This document shows, in pieces, positions 50,201 through 62,587 of a stretch of 64,000 bases of DNA. Numbering within the stretch: the stretch's first letter is position 1; the number at the start of each line of letters is the position of its first letter. This DNA comes from Podarcis filfolensis (Eukaryota). Location: the NCBI GenBank assembly GCA_964270895.1, contig OZ185435.1. The stretch is one strand, 5' to 3'. A program made the position numbers and the translations under genes. The notes under the pieces are model-generated. The model was not told the origin of the DNA. It searched no databases and saw only the letters and a program-made list of their open reading frames with translations.

Positions 50201-50931
50201 TTTGAAGAGCCCCAGTTTGAATCCCTTGCAGTGAGAAGGGAGGGGTTAAAGCTTGGACGAGTGTCTCTTGTATGCTCTGTGATCTAAGAGATTAGGGCAT
50301 GTAGGGAACAGTATTTGTGGTTTCAAAAATAACCCAGAGCTATGCAACTGTCTTGTATGAACACGTTTTCAAGCTGGAAAGCAACTGCCAAGTCAACGGC
50401 GCTTTGCCTCCAGAAGGCAGCTTGGACACTTGCAGTCTGGAGCACAGTGGTCTTCAAACTTCCTTCCTTCAGGGGCTTATTTCCACACTGACTTGTCAGA
50501 TAAGGAGCTGGTATTTGCCTGTCCTTTTGTGTTTCAGTGGATATTAGGGTGCCTTCTCTGTTTATGTAGGCCACTGGCCAGGCCTTTCAGGCTGTGCTAT
50601 TGTTCTGAATGTTCACTGTTGAATGAACCCCATGCAACAATGGCCATACAAGAAAGGGAGGTAATGGGAGGCCCCGCCTTAGATGGAAGCTTCATTGCTT
50701 GCCATAGCAAATTTCCTTGATGGGTTTCCTACAAAATATACGCTGAAAACCACCCGTCTGAAGCAGTGCTTTGGAACTGGGCCGGGCATCATGCAGCTCC
50801 TGAGGAATCGCTTGTGAGAAGCTATGAAAGCAAAGGCTTTAATGCACTTTTAAACAAAAATAAACAACAGCAGCTTCCTCATAGAATACAGGCTGTTAAA
50901 ATGCTGAAAAATTGGAATTGAGGCATTAAGG

Positions 50932-51072
50932 CAGGCATAGGCAAACTCGGCGGCACTCCAGAAGTTTTTGGGACTACAACTCCCATCATCCCTAGCTAAC
51001 AGGACCAGTGGTCAGGGATGATGGGAGTTGTAGTCCCAAAAACATCTGGAGGGCCGAATTTGCCTATGCCTG
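50932..51072. mobile_element. Palindromic hAT MITE with exact 8-bp TSD
   Basis: CAGGCATAGGCAAACT ... AATTTGCCTATGCCTG; internal arms GGACTACAACTCCCATCATCCCT / AGGGATGATGGGAGTTGTAGTCC; TSD CATTAAGG at 50924-50931 and 51073-51080. Confidence 0.92.
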
Positions 51073-53704
51073 CATTAAGGAGTCAGAAGTCACCCTTTCA
51101 GCTCTCATTACAGCTAAATTAGTGGGCTAACTCAAATTTGTCTTGCTTGAACATAAGTTCCACAATATGTGCATCATGCTCTGCAAATGTGACTTCAACT
51201 ATGTTCTTGGTGTTTTTTAAAAATGTGACATGAGATGCAGCAAGAACATTTAACCACAAGCCAGCTTGACAAGAATATGTTTGCTACAGATATGGATATG
51301 GAATCTGAAATCATGTTGCCTGATAAGGGATGGGTTGTCCCCCCTAATTTGTGTTTGCAATTTATAGGCCACCCAATAATCAGAGTTCTCTGAGGCAGCT
51401 TACAGGATTTTTTTAAAAACACACATAATAATAGAAACAACAAAATAAAACCCAAGCAACAGTGTTAAATCACAAATCACTTTAAAACAAAGTGGAGGAA
51501 AATAAATTTTTCAGCAACCAATCTGTTTAAAACCAATGAAAGTAGGGGCTCTGCCTTTCCAAAGCTGCAGTGTTCGCTGACTAAAACCTAGTTGCTTTCT
51601 GGATTATTGCCATCTCTGCTTAAAGAGCAGGTGAATCTTGAAACCTGTCCACTCTCATTCAGGCATTTAACTTTGAATCAGAGCAAACCATGACTAGGGA
51701 ATTGGCTTCTTATTAGCTGGGCAGAGCAACATTTTCAGAGCAGAGGAACACATTTATTCGGTGGGAAAGTAGTTAGAAGCTGAATACTAGCAGTGGAGAG
51801 AATTCTGTCTCTCTCTCCCCCTCCCCCCCTCCCCCTCCCTATTGTCTCTTTTTCTCTCCACTTTTTTGGGTGGGAGGTGCTGCATGCGTTTTGCAGGTTT
51901 CCCACCTGCGTCTTAAAAACATGGAAATTTGATCATACAAGCAGTCCCACCCCCCCACCCCCCAGAATGTCTGCTTGAATATTTGAAGATGAAAATGAAG
52001 GCTATGCCTTCTGCCCTCCCCATGATTTAAGGTGGCATTCCTTGGGACCACACACTCCTCGGTTGCCTCTTTCACCCCATGGGACCACTTGCTTCCTCCA
52101 TTCCAGCTTTGGGACCACTCTGTCAGGATCCCACTCTTGGCCAAGGCTTGGATATGGCAGTATGCTGAGGTTATGAAGAAGTGCCTTCCTCTGACTTGGG
52201 CTGGTTTCCCAGCTACTCTGGTGTTGTCCATCACCAGCTCTAATTGGTCTTGCACAAGCATCTCTCCCACTTCCTTTTCTTTTCTTAACCACAGGCGCCA
52301 GAGCCTGATCTCGAGAGACCGTATACGTGTAAAGCATGACAGCTCCACTATGCAGATATAATTCCTTGTCCCTTGGGAGGCTCCCCAGTCCTGGACCAGA
52401 CCACTAGTGTGAAGTCTGCGCTTTGCTACTAAGCGGTGGCTCCCCCTAAGTTGATTCAGCAAGGAAGCTGCAAAGGAAGGAGCTCTTCCCATTAGGCCCC
52501 CTTTGGCCCAACATTCATGCGTGCAAAACCACTCCAGACAGTGGCTGGAGGAGGCCTTAGGTGTACGTCCTTGGCAGTGCATCTGTGTGGGCACAAATGA
52601 CAGGTGTTGGAGATGCACTGTGTGTGTTTACACCCTGAAAGCAGGGTGGGCTGGGGGTTTCTGCTGGACCCCATTTCTGAAGGAGTCTGCGAAGATGCAC
52701 ATCTTGTTGTCTCCTTTTGGGTTGCAAAGCAGTGGGGTAGTTTGGCAAAAGCAAACCAGGTCTTGAGTTTGGTCTCAGATGAATAATAATAATATTCATC
52801 ATCATCATCATCTTGGTGTGTAGGTGTCCAGGATAGATTTTTTTTTAGGGGTAAAGTTGGGTAATCTTGACATTGCTTTCTTTGTGCACGCTTGGTTTGG
52901 GTATCAACAGTGTGGGCTGACTTGCTTTTAGAACTATGCATTGCACATGGGTATAGATAAGGACCCAGGGACTTAGTGCTGAGGATGCTGGTCCAGGTTG
53001 CTGCATTTTAAATGGGGATTGGGGAAGCTTTGCATGCTTTACAGATTGGAGAGATGGAGCACAGCTTAACCAGCCACACACAACTCTGCTCCCAAAGTGG
53101 GAGATCAGTTCCTGGTTAGACTTCCTGGGTCCTCCTTGTGCAGTTCTGTTTCCAGCAGTAAGAATGTTTTAAAGGAATGTGGAGCCACTTGGAACATTAG
53201 ACCTGTGAGGCTGATCTCAGGGTCGGGAGATCCTTGGCCATCTCCATCTTTACCTAAAAAACCTTCCTTGGACACTGTTTAAGCTTCTTCCATGGCTGTG
53301 AGGACCTGAAAGCTTTTTATATTACTATTGCAAAAGCTGAAGTGCTCTTGGTATCGAATCTTGTCCTGTCTCCTGTGCTTGTATACTGAGTTATATAGGC
53401 CCCAAATGCATCCATTAACAGGAAAACCAAGTGTTAGAGGGACTACATTTCTATGAGGAGGCAAGGGTTCTGTTCCTTTAAGGCAGTGGAAGCATCGGTT
53501 TTCCTGCATGTTGCAGACCTTGCATCCATTCATGCCATGTGAATAGTTTGTGAAAAAAGGTATACTGATGCTACAAATCCCTGTAACCATTTTGTCCTTG
53601 TAGCACCATGATGAAAGGGACTTCTGCTTTCCTTGAGGATGTTAAAAACAGTCCTGAGACCTTTTCTACCACTCTCTCATCCCTTCCCCACCTTTACCTA
53701 GCCA

Positions 53705-53708
<4 letters not shown>

Positions 53709-53758
<50 letters not shown>
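53709..53758. repeat. (TC)n microsatellite
   Basis: Direct reading of the sequence. Confidence 0.95.
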
Positions 53759-53761
<3 letters not shown>

Positions 53762-54548
53762 CCTCCCACCTTCTATTGCTTCAGTCACACTTTCCAGGGT
53801 ACAGGGGGGTGACTGGGACAGGTTGGGAATCTCATGGCTGAGCCAAGTTTGCAGTGCAGGTCTTGCTTTTACATTTAGAAGGGATCTTGGGGAGTCAAGC
53901 CAGCACCCTGCATGAAATGTAAGACCTCCAGAGGCATTTGCAGTCATTTGCTCCTAAGCAGATCTTGGGTGTGTGGTAGCTCAGTTGTGCCATGTCAGAA
54001 TTTGGTGTCCTTGAAATCTCACCATCTAATCTAACGGGAGTGTCTGCCTGGCTTAATTACTGCACAAAGCGGAAGGCCTGGCTGAATAAAGCACTGGAAG
54101 TCTTCTTCTGAATCTTGGGTGTGTTTGGGGCAGGAGCAGGTTGGATGACCTACAAAATGCAATGCCTGAGGTTTGACACAGATGGTGCCAAGTTGCCCTC
54201 TGGTGGCCAGGCTGCAGTAACATACGAGAAGTGTCTATATCTTAAAGGAGGCGAAAGTGCTGGAAAAATCCCCAGTGACAAAACTACCTGGGAACTTGCT
54301 CACCTCTCTTTAAGAACAACAACCATTTCTTCCTGGGCCCAGCTTAAGCCGCTAGTGTAAGCTGCTGTCATTGTTATTGTCTGCTTCTAATTTCAAGACA
54401 GTCCCAGCACTTGGGTGCTTGACCCCAAGAGCTTGTGGTTGCCTACGTATCTGAAAACTTGAGCAAGAAAGGAAAGTCAAGGTGATGCAGGGAAAGAGGG
54501 CCTTCTTACTTGGTGATACTAGGAAGTTCTGCCACCACCTGTTCCTGG

Positions 54549-54686
54549 CAGCAGTTCTCAACCTGTGGGTCCCCAGATGTTGTTGGACTACAACTCCCAT
54601 CATCCCTGAGCTCTGGCCATGCTAGCTATGGGTGATGGGAGTTGTAGTTCAACAACATCTGGGGACCCACGGGTTGAAAAAGGCTG
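54549..54686. mobile_element. Palindromic hAT-type MITE (same internal core as 50932-51072)
   Basis: Arms GTGGGTCCCCAGATGTTGTTGGACTACAACTCCCATCA / TGATGGGAGTTGTAGTTCAACAACATCTGGGGACCCAC. No clean TSD. Confidence 0.75.
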
Positions 54687-54972
54687 TGCTAGAGGATTGG
54701 CTGTTTGGGCACAGCTTTTTGGGCCACACTTTCAGCTTTTAGCATGGCAGCAGTGGGGATGCTATGCCACGACTGGGTCCCTGTGTTATCTTATCCAACC
54801 AAGAAATTTAAACAGGTGGTTGGTGTTGGTGGAACGCCTTTTTAATCCTTGTCCCGCAGACCTCTTCTGTAGATAGGCAGACCAGCCTGGTTCCTGTCTG
54901 TGGTAGTGCAGCTGCTTTGGATGACTTACGAATCCTGAAAGTAACTTGCTTCTCTTCCTCCTTCCTTTGCAG

Positions 54973-55436
54973 GAGTTACGAGGACATGTTGGTGGATGAT
55001 TTGGCTAGAGACCAGTACTACTGGGCCCCCCTGGCCCAGCACGAGAGGGGCAGCCTAGCCAGCATGGATAGCCTGCAGAAAGGGGGCCCGCCCCCGCCCA
55101 ACTGGCGCCAGCCCGAGCTCCCCGAGGTGATCGCCATGCTGGGCTTCCGCCTGGATGCGGTGAAGTCCAACGCCGCGGCCTACCTGCAGCACCTGTGCTA
55201 CCGCAACGACAAGGTGAAGACGGAGGTGCGCAAGATGAAGGGCATTCCGGTGCTGGTGGAGCTGCTGGACCACCCCAAGAAGGAGGTGCACTACGGGGCA
55301 TGCGGAGCCCTGAAGAACATCTCCTACGGCCGGGACCAGGACAACAAGATCGCCATCAAGAACTGCGACGGTGTCCCTGCTCTGGTGCGGCTGCTAAGGA
55401 AGGCGCGCGACATGGACCTCACCGAGGTCATCACAG
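54973..55436 (+). CDS. CTNND1: p120-catenin exon 7 (isoform 4 ATG at 54986; first ARM repeats)
   Basis: TTTGCAG|G; SYEDMLVDDLARDQYYWAPLAQHERGSLAS...WRQPELPEVIAMLGFRLDAVKSNAAAYLQHLCY...MDLTEVIT; G|GTAATT. Confidence 0.98.
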
Positions 55437-55530
55437 GTAATTTCTGGGCCTTGGGAGGGAAGGTGGAGGTGGAGGCATCGGAGCTCTTCCAGGCACTCCT
55501 TGACCAGGCAAATGCTTTCTCTTGGCGCAG

Positions 55531-55714
55531 GAACACTCTGGAACCTGTCCTCTCACGACTCGATAAAAATGGCCATTGTGGACAATGCCTTACATGCCCT
55601 CACTGATGAGGTCATCATCCCACACTCTGGATGGGAGAGGGAGCCCAGCGAGGACTCGAAACCCCGCCACATAGAGTGGGAGTCGGTGCTCACCAACACC
55701 ATTGGCTGCCTTAG
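55531..55714 (+). CDS. CTNND1: p120-catenin exon 8
   Basis: GCGCAG|GA; TLWNLSSHDSIKMAIVDNALHALTDEVIIPHSGWEREPSEDSKPRHIEWESVLTNTIGCL; AG|GTAAGC. The preceding intron is only 94 nt. Confidence 0.97.
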
Positions 55715-56516
55715 GTAAGCTGGGGCTGCCCTGCACCTCCAGGCACACCTGCGTGCTCTGTGTGCTGGAGGCCATTGATCTGCATGTGAGCTTTAAGCAG
55801 ACACCTGAGTGACCCTGCTGTAGATGCCTGGCTGATGTTCACGGCAAGCACATTCCAAAAGTTGGATGCCACCACACAAAAGGCCCTGTTCTTAGCAGAC
55901 ATAAGGCAAGCCTGATGTTTGCCACCTTATTGGGAGGAGGCTTTGGTAGAAGTGAGATGAACCATTTAGACTGGACTCTTGGGGCTGAGATTGGTGCCTT
56001 CTAATAAACTGGAGGTGCTATAACTTGAGAAGACCACAGAACTCCTGCTTTGCCTTAATGTTGAATTCCTGACTGCAGGTCATCGGAGCAATGTACTCTG
56101 GTGTCTGTCCCCTAATTCTGGCTGGGCTAAGAGATGGGCCACACAGAGAAGGAACAAGATGAAGTTGCTGGTCTTCTTGGCTGCCGTGTGTGTGTGTGTG
56201 TGTGTGTGTTTTGCAGCAGCAGAAATTGGGTGACAGTCAGAGAGGCAGTGTTGGAGCTGAAATAGATAGCCCATGAGGTTTACAATTAGCCTGACTAGGA
56301 CTGTGTAGCAGGTTGTATGAGGAAAAGGCTTCTGCCATGATGTCTGAAGGTTCCCAGATTTCAAGCCAGGGGCTTGAAATCTCCACACACAAACCCAGCA
56401 CAGACTTGAGAGTGAAAATGTGGCCTAAATTTAAGCACAGGAAAGCAGACAGGCTTTAACAGTCACTACCTGATAGTGTCTCCATCTTTCTAATGTTTCT
56501 TTTTCTCTTTTTGTAG

Positions 56517-56634
56517 AAATGTCAGCTCGGAGAGGAGTGAAGCCCGCCGAAAGTTGCGGGAGTGTGATGGGCTAGTGGATGCCCTCATCTACATTGTCCA
56601 AGCAGAGATTGGCCAGAAAGATTTAGACAGCAAG
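56517..56634 (+). CDS. CTNND1: p120-catenin exon 9
   Basis: TTTGTAG|A; [39 protein letters not shown]; AAG|GTAAAG. Confidence 0.97.
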
Positions 56635-57577
56635 GTAAAGGGAGTGTGGGAGGAGGTAGCCCTATTCTAGTTGCCACTTGCCCTTCTGGGGGTAGGGAGA
56701 AATTATTCTGCACCAAATGCAATGTGCTGTGTTTGCCTGTCTTCTGATTTTCCCCTTTTCTGAGAGCGGCATTTAGGTGGTTATGAGAGGCTTTACAGGG
56801 CCTGAGTCGGAGAGTCTTTAATTTTCACCCATACCAGGAACATTTCTCCCATTTTATAAAGAGGAGATTCCCAATAAAGCACATAGATGTATCTGTTTTC
56901 TCTTCCCCACCCCAGATCCACCCTTGTAAAGTTGGGCATAATGTTTGCCCCGCCTGCCCTTTTGTAGGGAGCTGCCGCTTCACAAAGTGGTATTCCACTT
57001 GGGTCTCTGGGTTGTTTCACAGATGCACTAAGGCAGCTTGTCTCTCCCCCCCTCCCCCCCAGCTGATGCCTTTTACATCAGGATGGGGAGCTGGATCAGC
57101 TGGTGGGCCAGATCATTAATCCCCCACCAGCAAGCCGGCTTTGACAAAGCTCCACTGGACTGTTGTAAGCAGCTGACTGGTGATTACAGGAAGCCCCTTT
57201 GAAGTCTGTTTGCAGGCACAGCTTGGATTCAGGCAACACCTGCAAAAGGACAATGTGGGGCTCACGGATGGTGGCCCCCCTCAGTTGCACTAGGCAGCTC
57301 CCAACGGGCAACACCTTGGTGCATCTAATCTTGATAGGGCTTGCTGTTAGTGCCCATCAGTGAGGAGAGGGCATATTGGCTCCTGCTCACAGCCTGAATG
57401 TGTTGCTGCTGTCAGATCCCCCCCCCCCCCAATTCTTGTCCCAAGGTGCAGAACACTACCGGAGCTCCTGCTTTTCCACCTTTCTTGTACTTGCTTATTC
57501 TTGTGCACGCAACTCCCTACCTCTTGAATTTCTGTGACCTTGATGCCCATCTTGAGGAACTGTCTGTCTTTTGCCAG

Positions 57578-57731
57578 CTTGTGGAGAACTGTGTTTGCCT
57601 CCTGAGGAACCTGTCCTACCAGGTGCACCGTGAGATCCCCCACGCAGAGCGTTACCAGGAAGTGCCCCTCAATGCGGCCAACAACACCGGTCCCCATGCA
57701 GCCAGCTGCTTTGGTGCCAAAAAAGGCAAAG
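57578..57731 (+). CDS. CTNND1: p120-catenin exon 10
   Basis: TTGCCAG|CTT; LVENCVCLLRNLSYQVHREIPHAERYQEVPLNAANNTGPHAASCFGAKKGK; G|GTAGGA. Confidence 0.97.
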
Positions 57732-58092
57732 GTAGGATTGCCTTGTTCCCTGCCCAGTCTTGCATAGATGGGGTCAGGCTAGAGGACAGCAGGCAGAGAT
57801 GTTTCTGAGTGCTGCTTAAGTTGTCCTTGGCCTCGTAAAGACAAGCTGCTGCTTTTCCACTGAAGCGTTCTATAGCTGCAGTAACTTTTCCTGGCTCTCC
57901 TGCTCTTTTGTCTCTCAAGGCCTGATGACTGGTCTTTTTGGTGTGTCAATCAAGGTGATGGATGGGGGTTTTCGACTAATTTGTGGCCTCTTTCCCCTTC
58001 TCTTTTGCTTTCCTTCCAAATGGCCTGTGAATCCTGCTGGCATCTCTACTCTCTTGCCTCCCTTCTCCCCTCTCCTCCTCCTCCGCCCAAAG

Positions 58093-58110
58093 ACGAGTGG
58101 TTCTCGAGAG
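58093..58110 (+). CDS. CTNND1: p120-catenin alternative microexon C (exon 11, 18 nt, DEWFSR)
   Basis: Long pyrimidine tract, then CAAAG|ACGAGTGGTTCTCGAGAG|GTGAGT. Phase 1-1, encoding (D)EWFSR(G), the known exon C peptide. Confidence 0.95.
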
Positions 58111-59819
58111 GTGAGTTGAGCTTTCTTCCTGGGGGGCGGGGGTGGGACTTGCTTGTTTCTATAAAACATGTGATTTTGCAAGCTCCTTCCAAAGCTTTCC
58201 TCTGCCCTCCTTGCGGCTGTGGCCAAACCTGACCAGTAGCACAAGCACACAGTACTGTTCTGTGCTTGAAGAATTCGTTGCCCTTGACAATGCTGAGTTC
58301 ATAGTCTTGCATTCTGCTGGGGGCGCACCTAAGAACTCCCTTCAAGGCAAGGAGCACCGGGTGCAGAGAGGACTAGCATCAAATCTGCCTGTGATGGGGA
58401 ATCTTGTAGGCATCCAGCTATTTCTGGTTTACCGGGTCCTGTCAGGCCCAACCGGCATAGCCCAGGAGTCAAGAATGGTGGGAACCAGGGGTCCAGCAAC
58501 TTCTAGAGAGTCACAGGCTGGTCCCCCCTGCACCACACCTTTTCAGATGCAAGCGCAAAATGTGAATGTGACAAAGCATGTTTGGAGATGCATGTATTGT
58601 ACATGGGTGCCTGTCAGAAAGCTGCCGCTTGGCTGTAATTCTCAGCTGAGTGTAATCTCTCTGTGTGAACTGACCTTTTCTCTTTGAGACATGAAATCAT
58701 GAGATGTCAGAGGGTGGGGAGAGATAATAATGCCCATGGAAAAAGCAGCTAAGTAACCTCCTTGTCGTTGTGCCTGACATCTGCAGCAAGAGGAGCCCTT
58801 TCCTTAATTCTCTGTTTCCTGCTGTGCTTGTTTTCCTTTCCTGCTTACTTGTGCCACTCCTGGTCTTTGCGACATTCACTCCTCCCCCACCCTGCAATAG
58901 TTAACTTGAAAAAAACACGGCTCTTGAACAGAGTAGATGGTGCAGATTGGGAGAATGCCAGCTGTGCATTATTATGCTCAGCTTGTATCTCCTCCCAAGG
59001 AAACCTCCCTCTTGGACCCTAACCAAAGACATTGCATTGACTTGCACGCTGCATGTTTCCTGAGTGCGGGTGGTGAAAGTGCCAGAGCAGGGCGTGTGGT
59101 GCAACAGCTGCCTGAGGCAGGAGAGCACCGGCCCCAATCTCAATGCTGGTGTGGCGTGGTTAGTGCGGAACAGCAAGAAGTCAGGCCTGTTTTGCTTGAC
59201 AGCTGTGCAGGGCTGCTAGTCTATGTGCTTCTCTAGCCTTGGCAGTTTTGAATTGAGTAGAGTGGGACCATAGTTCAGTGGTAGAAATCCTGATTTTTAA
59301 AAGTTCTTCTTTCAATTTCTAAAAACACATATAACAAACAATTCCCCTATACTCCCACCCCACAGGAAGCATTCCTCGCATATACAATGTACTTAGTTCA
59401 GTCAAATGTTAGTAAATTGTTTAGAATAGATTGCATCCGTTAATTCATTCCTGGAATCTCCAGTTAAAGCAAGGGTGGGATGGGGGTGGGAAGAGCAGAA
59501 GTAGAGCCTGCTGGATCAGGCCAATGACCCTCTGGTTGCTGCTGGACTCCAGCTCCCGTCAGTCCCATCATGCCCAGTGCTCAGGGATCATGAGAATTGG
59601 AGGCCAGCAACCTAGGGAGGACCGCAGGTTCCCCACCCTTCAGTAGAAGGATCTCTGGTGGTGGCAGTACTGCACAAAGACTCTGTGACTGGAGATCCAC
59701 TGCCAGTTATTGCCAACACTACGGGGATCAGTGTGTTGGTGATGAAGAGCTTTTGGAAATTCTCCCTCTCTCCAGTTCCTTTTCCTAATATTGTTTGTTT
59801 GGGTTTCCCTCCCTACAAG

Positions 59820-59888
59820 GTAAAAAACCGGCAGAGGATCCTTCTACCGATATCGTAGACTTCCCCAAAAGACCAACCCCTGCAAAAG
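59820..59888 (+). CDS. CTNND1: p120-catenin exon 12 (69 nt)
   Basis: CTACAAG|GT; (G)KKPAEDPSTDIVDFPKRPTPAK; G|GTAATG. Confidence 0.92.
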
Positions 59889-60354
59889 GTAATGTTTCTT
59901 ACCCTTTTTCTGGGCAAGGGCAATGGCTTGTCTGATTTCCCATAGTAGGGAAGCCTCCCTGCTTGAGACACTGAGTAGCCACAGCTAGTCAGAATAGACA
60001 ACACAGAGCTAGATGGACAAACGTCTGATCTGGTTTAAGGCAGCTTCTTAAAGGTACCCCTTTCTCACTTTTGGATGGGGGGTGGGCAGAGTAAATTTGT
60101 TTTAACTACTTCTCCTGTGTGGTATCTTGTTGTGTGAGCTCCCACATGATCAGCCTTTAATGCAGGCAAAGGACATGAGATGTGCACAGGGTTTGAGTGA
60201 AGGTGGGAGATTCTTGAACTTCTCAGCAAAGGTGTGGCACGCAGGTGTGCTGGGAAAATAGCCATTCTTGCTCTGTGGCTGCAGCTTCCTTACGTGAAAG
60301 GTAACTGAATAGCATTGATCCAGCAGTGTCTAGATCAGTTGGCAAAACCTATAT

Positions 60355-60494
60355 NNNNNNNNNNNNNNNNNNNNNNNNNNNNNNNNNNNNNNNNNNNNNN
60401 NNNNNNNNNNNNNNNNNNNNNNNNNNNNNNNNNNNNNNNNNNNNNNNNNNNNNNNNNNNNNNNNNNNNNNNNNNNNNNNNNNNNNNNNNNNNNN
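60355..60494. other. Assembly gap (N run) in intron 12
   Basis: About 140 Ns. Confidence 0.95.
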
Positions 60495-60821
60495 AAGGGG
60501 AAAATAATACATATTTGCCATCATTTTAGTGCTAGGCAGTGTTGGCACCAGGCAGGTCTGCCATGGGGAGGGTTTTGGTTTTTTTTTAACCAAGGGGGCA
60601 CTGCTATTCCCCCCCCCCCAGGCCACCCAGGAGCTCTTTGGGGAAGAGTTACAGCTCAGTGGTAACCATCTTCTTCTCGTGCAGAGTCATGATCAGTGTT
60701 CAGAGCACTGAACTAAATAAACCCAAGTGCATAAGGCAGCTTCCTTTGTTTCTGGTGGGGGGTACCTAAAAGGGAGCTTGGCAGGCTTGACATGAAACTT
60801 CCTTCTCTGCCGTTTTGCTAG

Positions 60822-60949
60822 GTTATGAGCTCCTCTTCCAGCCGGAGATTGTCCGCATATATATTTCCCTGTTGAAGGAGAGCAAAACTCAAGCTATCTT
60901 AGAAGCTTCAGCAGGAGCCATCCAGAATTTGTGTGCTGGGCGTTGGACG
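60822..60949 (+). CDS. CTNND1: p120-catenin exon 13
   Basis: TTTGCTAG|GT; YELLFQPEIVRIYISLLKESKTQAILEASAGAIQNLCAGRWT; ACG|GTGAGT. Confidence 0.97.
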
Positions 60950-61587
60950 GTGAGTGGGCCACCCGAGAGAGGCAGGGACTGCAAACTGGGATCTGCCTTC
61001 TTTAATTAAAAAAGACCTATCTTGGGCAAAAGTTCGTAGTTAAGGCTGCGGGCAAAGCAGAGAGGCCTCATTGTGCATAAGTGAGTAGGAGTCCCATCTG
61101 GTCCCTCCTAGCATCCCAGCACATGTTGAACTGGACAAGCAGGTCCAGTTTAGAAGGCAGCAGCCATGGAAGTCCCTGGCCATGTTCTCTGTGCTCCTTT
61201 CATGGCTGCAAGGACCGTCCATTCACGGATCCCTTGGATAGCTTTTCATGTCTAGGCTGTAGTCTCGGCCTGATGGGGAATTTCCGGAGTGGAATAGTGA
61301 AGTCAACATTGTGGTTAAGAAGGCATTTGGCAAGCTGGGTGTTAACTATAAAAACAAACAGCTGGTCTCCGCATTGGATTGACTGTGGACTTTTGCTATG
61401 GGAATTCCTAAGAAAACTGAGCTCTCACTGTACTAATGTTGTGGGAACGCAGAGGTAAGGCCAGGGGCATTTTGTTCAGGGGAAAAAATTATTCCTGGGT
61501 ATGGAGTGCACTTTTTGGGTAGATCTAATAGCTTCTCATGTAGCTCTTTCACTAAAGCCAAGTGTCTTGTGTTTTCTCTCCTTGCAG

Positions 61588-61738
61588 TACGGTCGGTACA
61601 TCCGCTCTGCATTGCGCCAGGAGAAAGGCCTCTCTGCCATTGCGGACCTGCTGACTTATGACAGTGAGCGTGTGGTGAAAGCTGCGTCTGGAGCCCTGCG
61701 CAACCTGGCAGTGGATTCCCGTAACAAAGAGCTGATAG
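61588..61738 (+). CDS. CTNND1: p120-catenin exon 14
   Basis: TTGCAG|TAC; YGRYIRSALRQEKGLSAIADLLTYDSERVVKAASGALRNLAVDSRNKELI; G|GTGAGA. Confidence 0.97.
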
Positions 61739-62587
61739 GTGAGAGCAGGAAGGGAAGGGACTTTGGTGGATTTCTTGTCCTGTCTCAGCAGTTGGGTGTG
61801 GGTAACACTTCGGGGGGGGGGGAATCCTTTCCAAAACACATGCTAGCTGAGTTATGCCAAGAATCGGCCAAGCCAAACACAACTCATGCTGCTTCTTGAA
61901 AGATGCTCAGTGCCAGGGAACGCACTGGTGGTCAGGGTCCCTGTGCCCATAGGCAGTAGGATAATTGTTTGTGGGTTTGTGATCATTATTGATCAAGAAT
62001 CATAGTAGAATATTGGAAGGTGGAGGTTGGCGAGAAAAGCCTTTGCCAACCTGGTGCCCTCCATCAGCCCCAGTCAGCATGGCCCAAGTTTAGGGGTCCT
62101 GGGAGTTGGAGTCCAACCTACAGCCACTAGAAGGCACCAGATTTGGGGAAACTGGCATAAAGTGATGCAAGGTTCAAGTGTTTTGAGGGTTTCTAGGCTT
62201 CTCCAGTATATATCTATTTATATAAACTTCAATTTCCATCTACAACAAACAACATGGCTCCAAAGTAAGGGTTGATGGGAGTTGTAGTCCCAACAAGAGC
62301 ACTAGCATTTTGTTATGGCTTCTCCTGTCACCTAGCTAAATGAGGCTTGGCTGGCAACTTGCTCTGCTGGGTGAATGAATGAAGTTCTGACAGTTGCATT
62401 CCCTTGATCAGCTGAGAACAGAATCCTCCCTCTCCGCTATATTCAGCCTGTGCCTTATGTCAGTTTCATGGTAGGAGAGCCTTCGAGGTCTAAAAGAGTG
62501 TTGGGCAATTCTGCTTCTGTCTTCTGATCACTTCTGTTTATATTGTTCTTTTCCCTCTAACCAACTCTGATCTTCTCCCTTTCCTAG

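Noticed and set aside
51839-52618. 259-aa minus-strand ORF in intron 6
   Set aside because: No recognisable domain, no splice or Kozak support; treated as a chance ORF pending a homology search.
54917-55606. 229-aa ORF in the ORF track
   Set aside because: It is exon 7 plus read-through of flanking intron. The 94-nt intron 7 shifts the frame, so retention would give a premature stop at 55604-55606.
60355-60494. Possible missing exon in the N gap
   Set aside because: Exons 12 and 13 join in phase (GGT) and give continuous p120 sequence, so no constitutive exon is missing.
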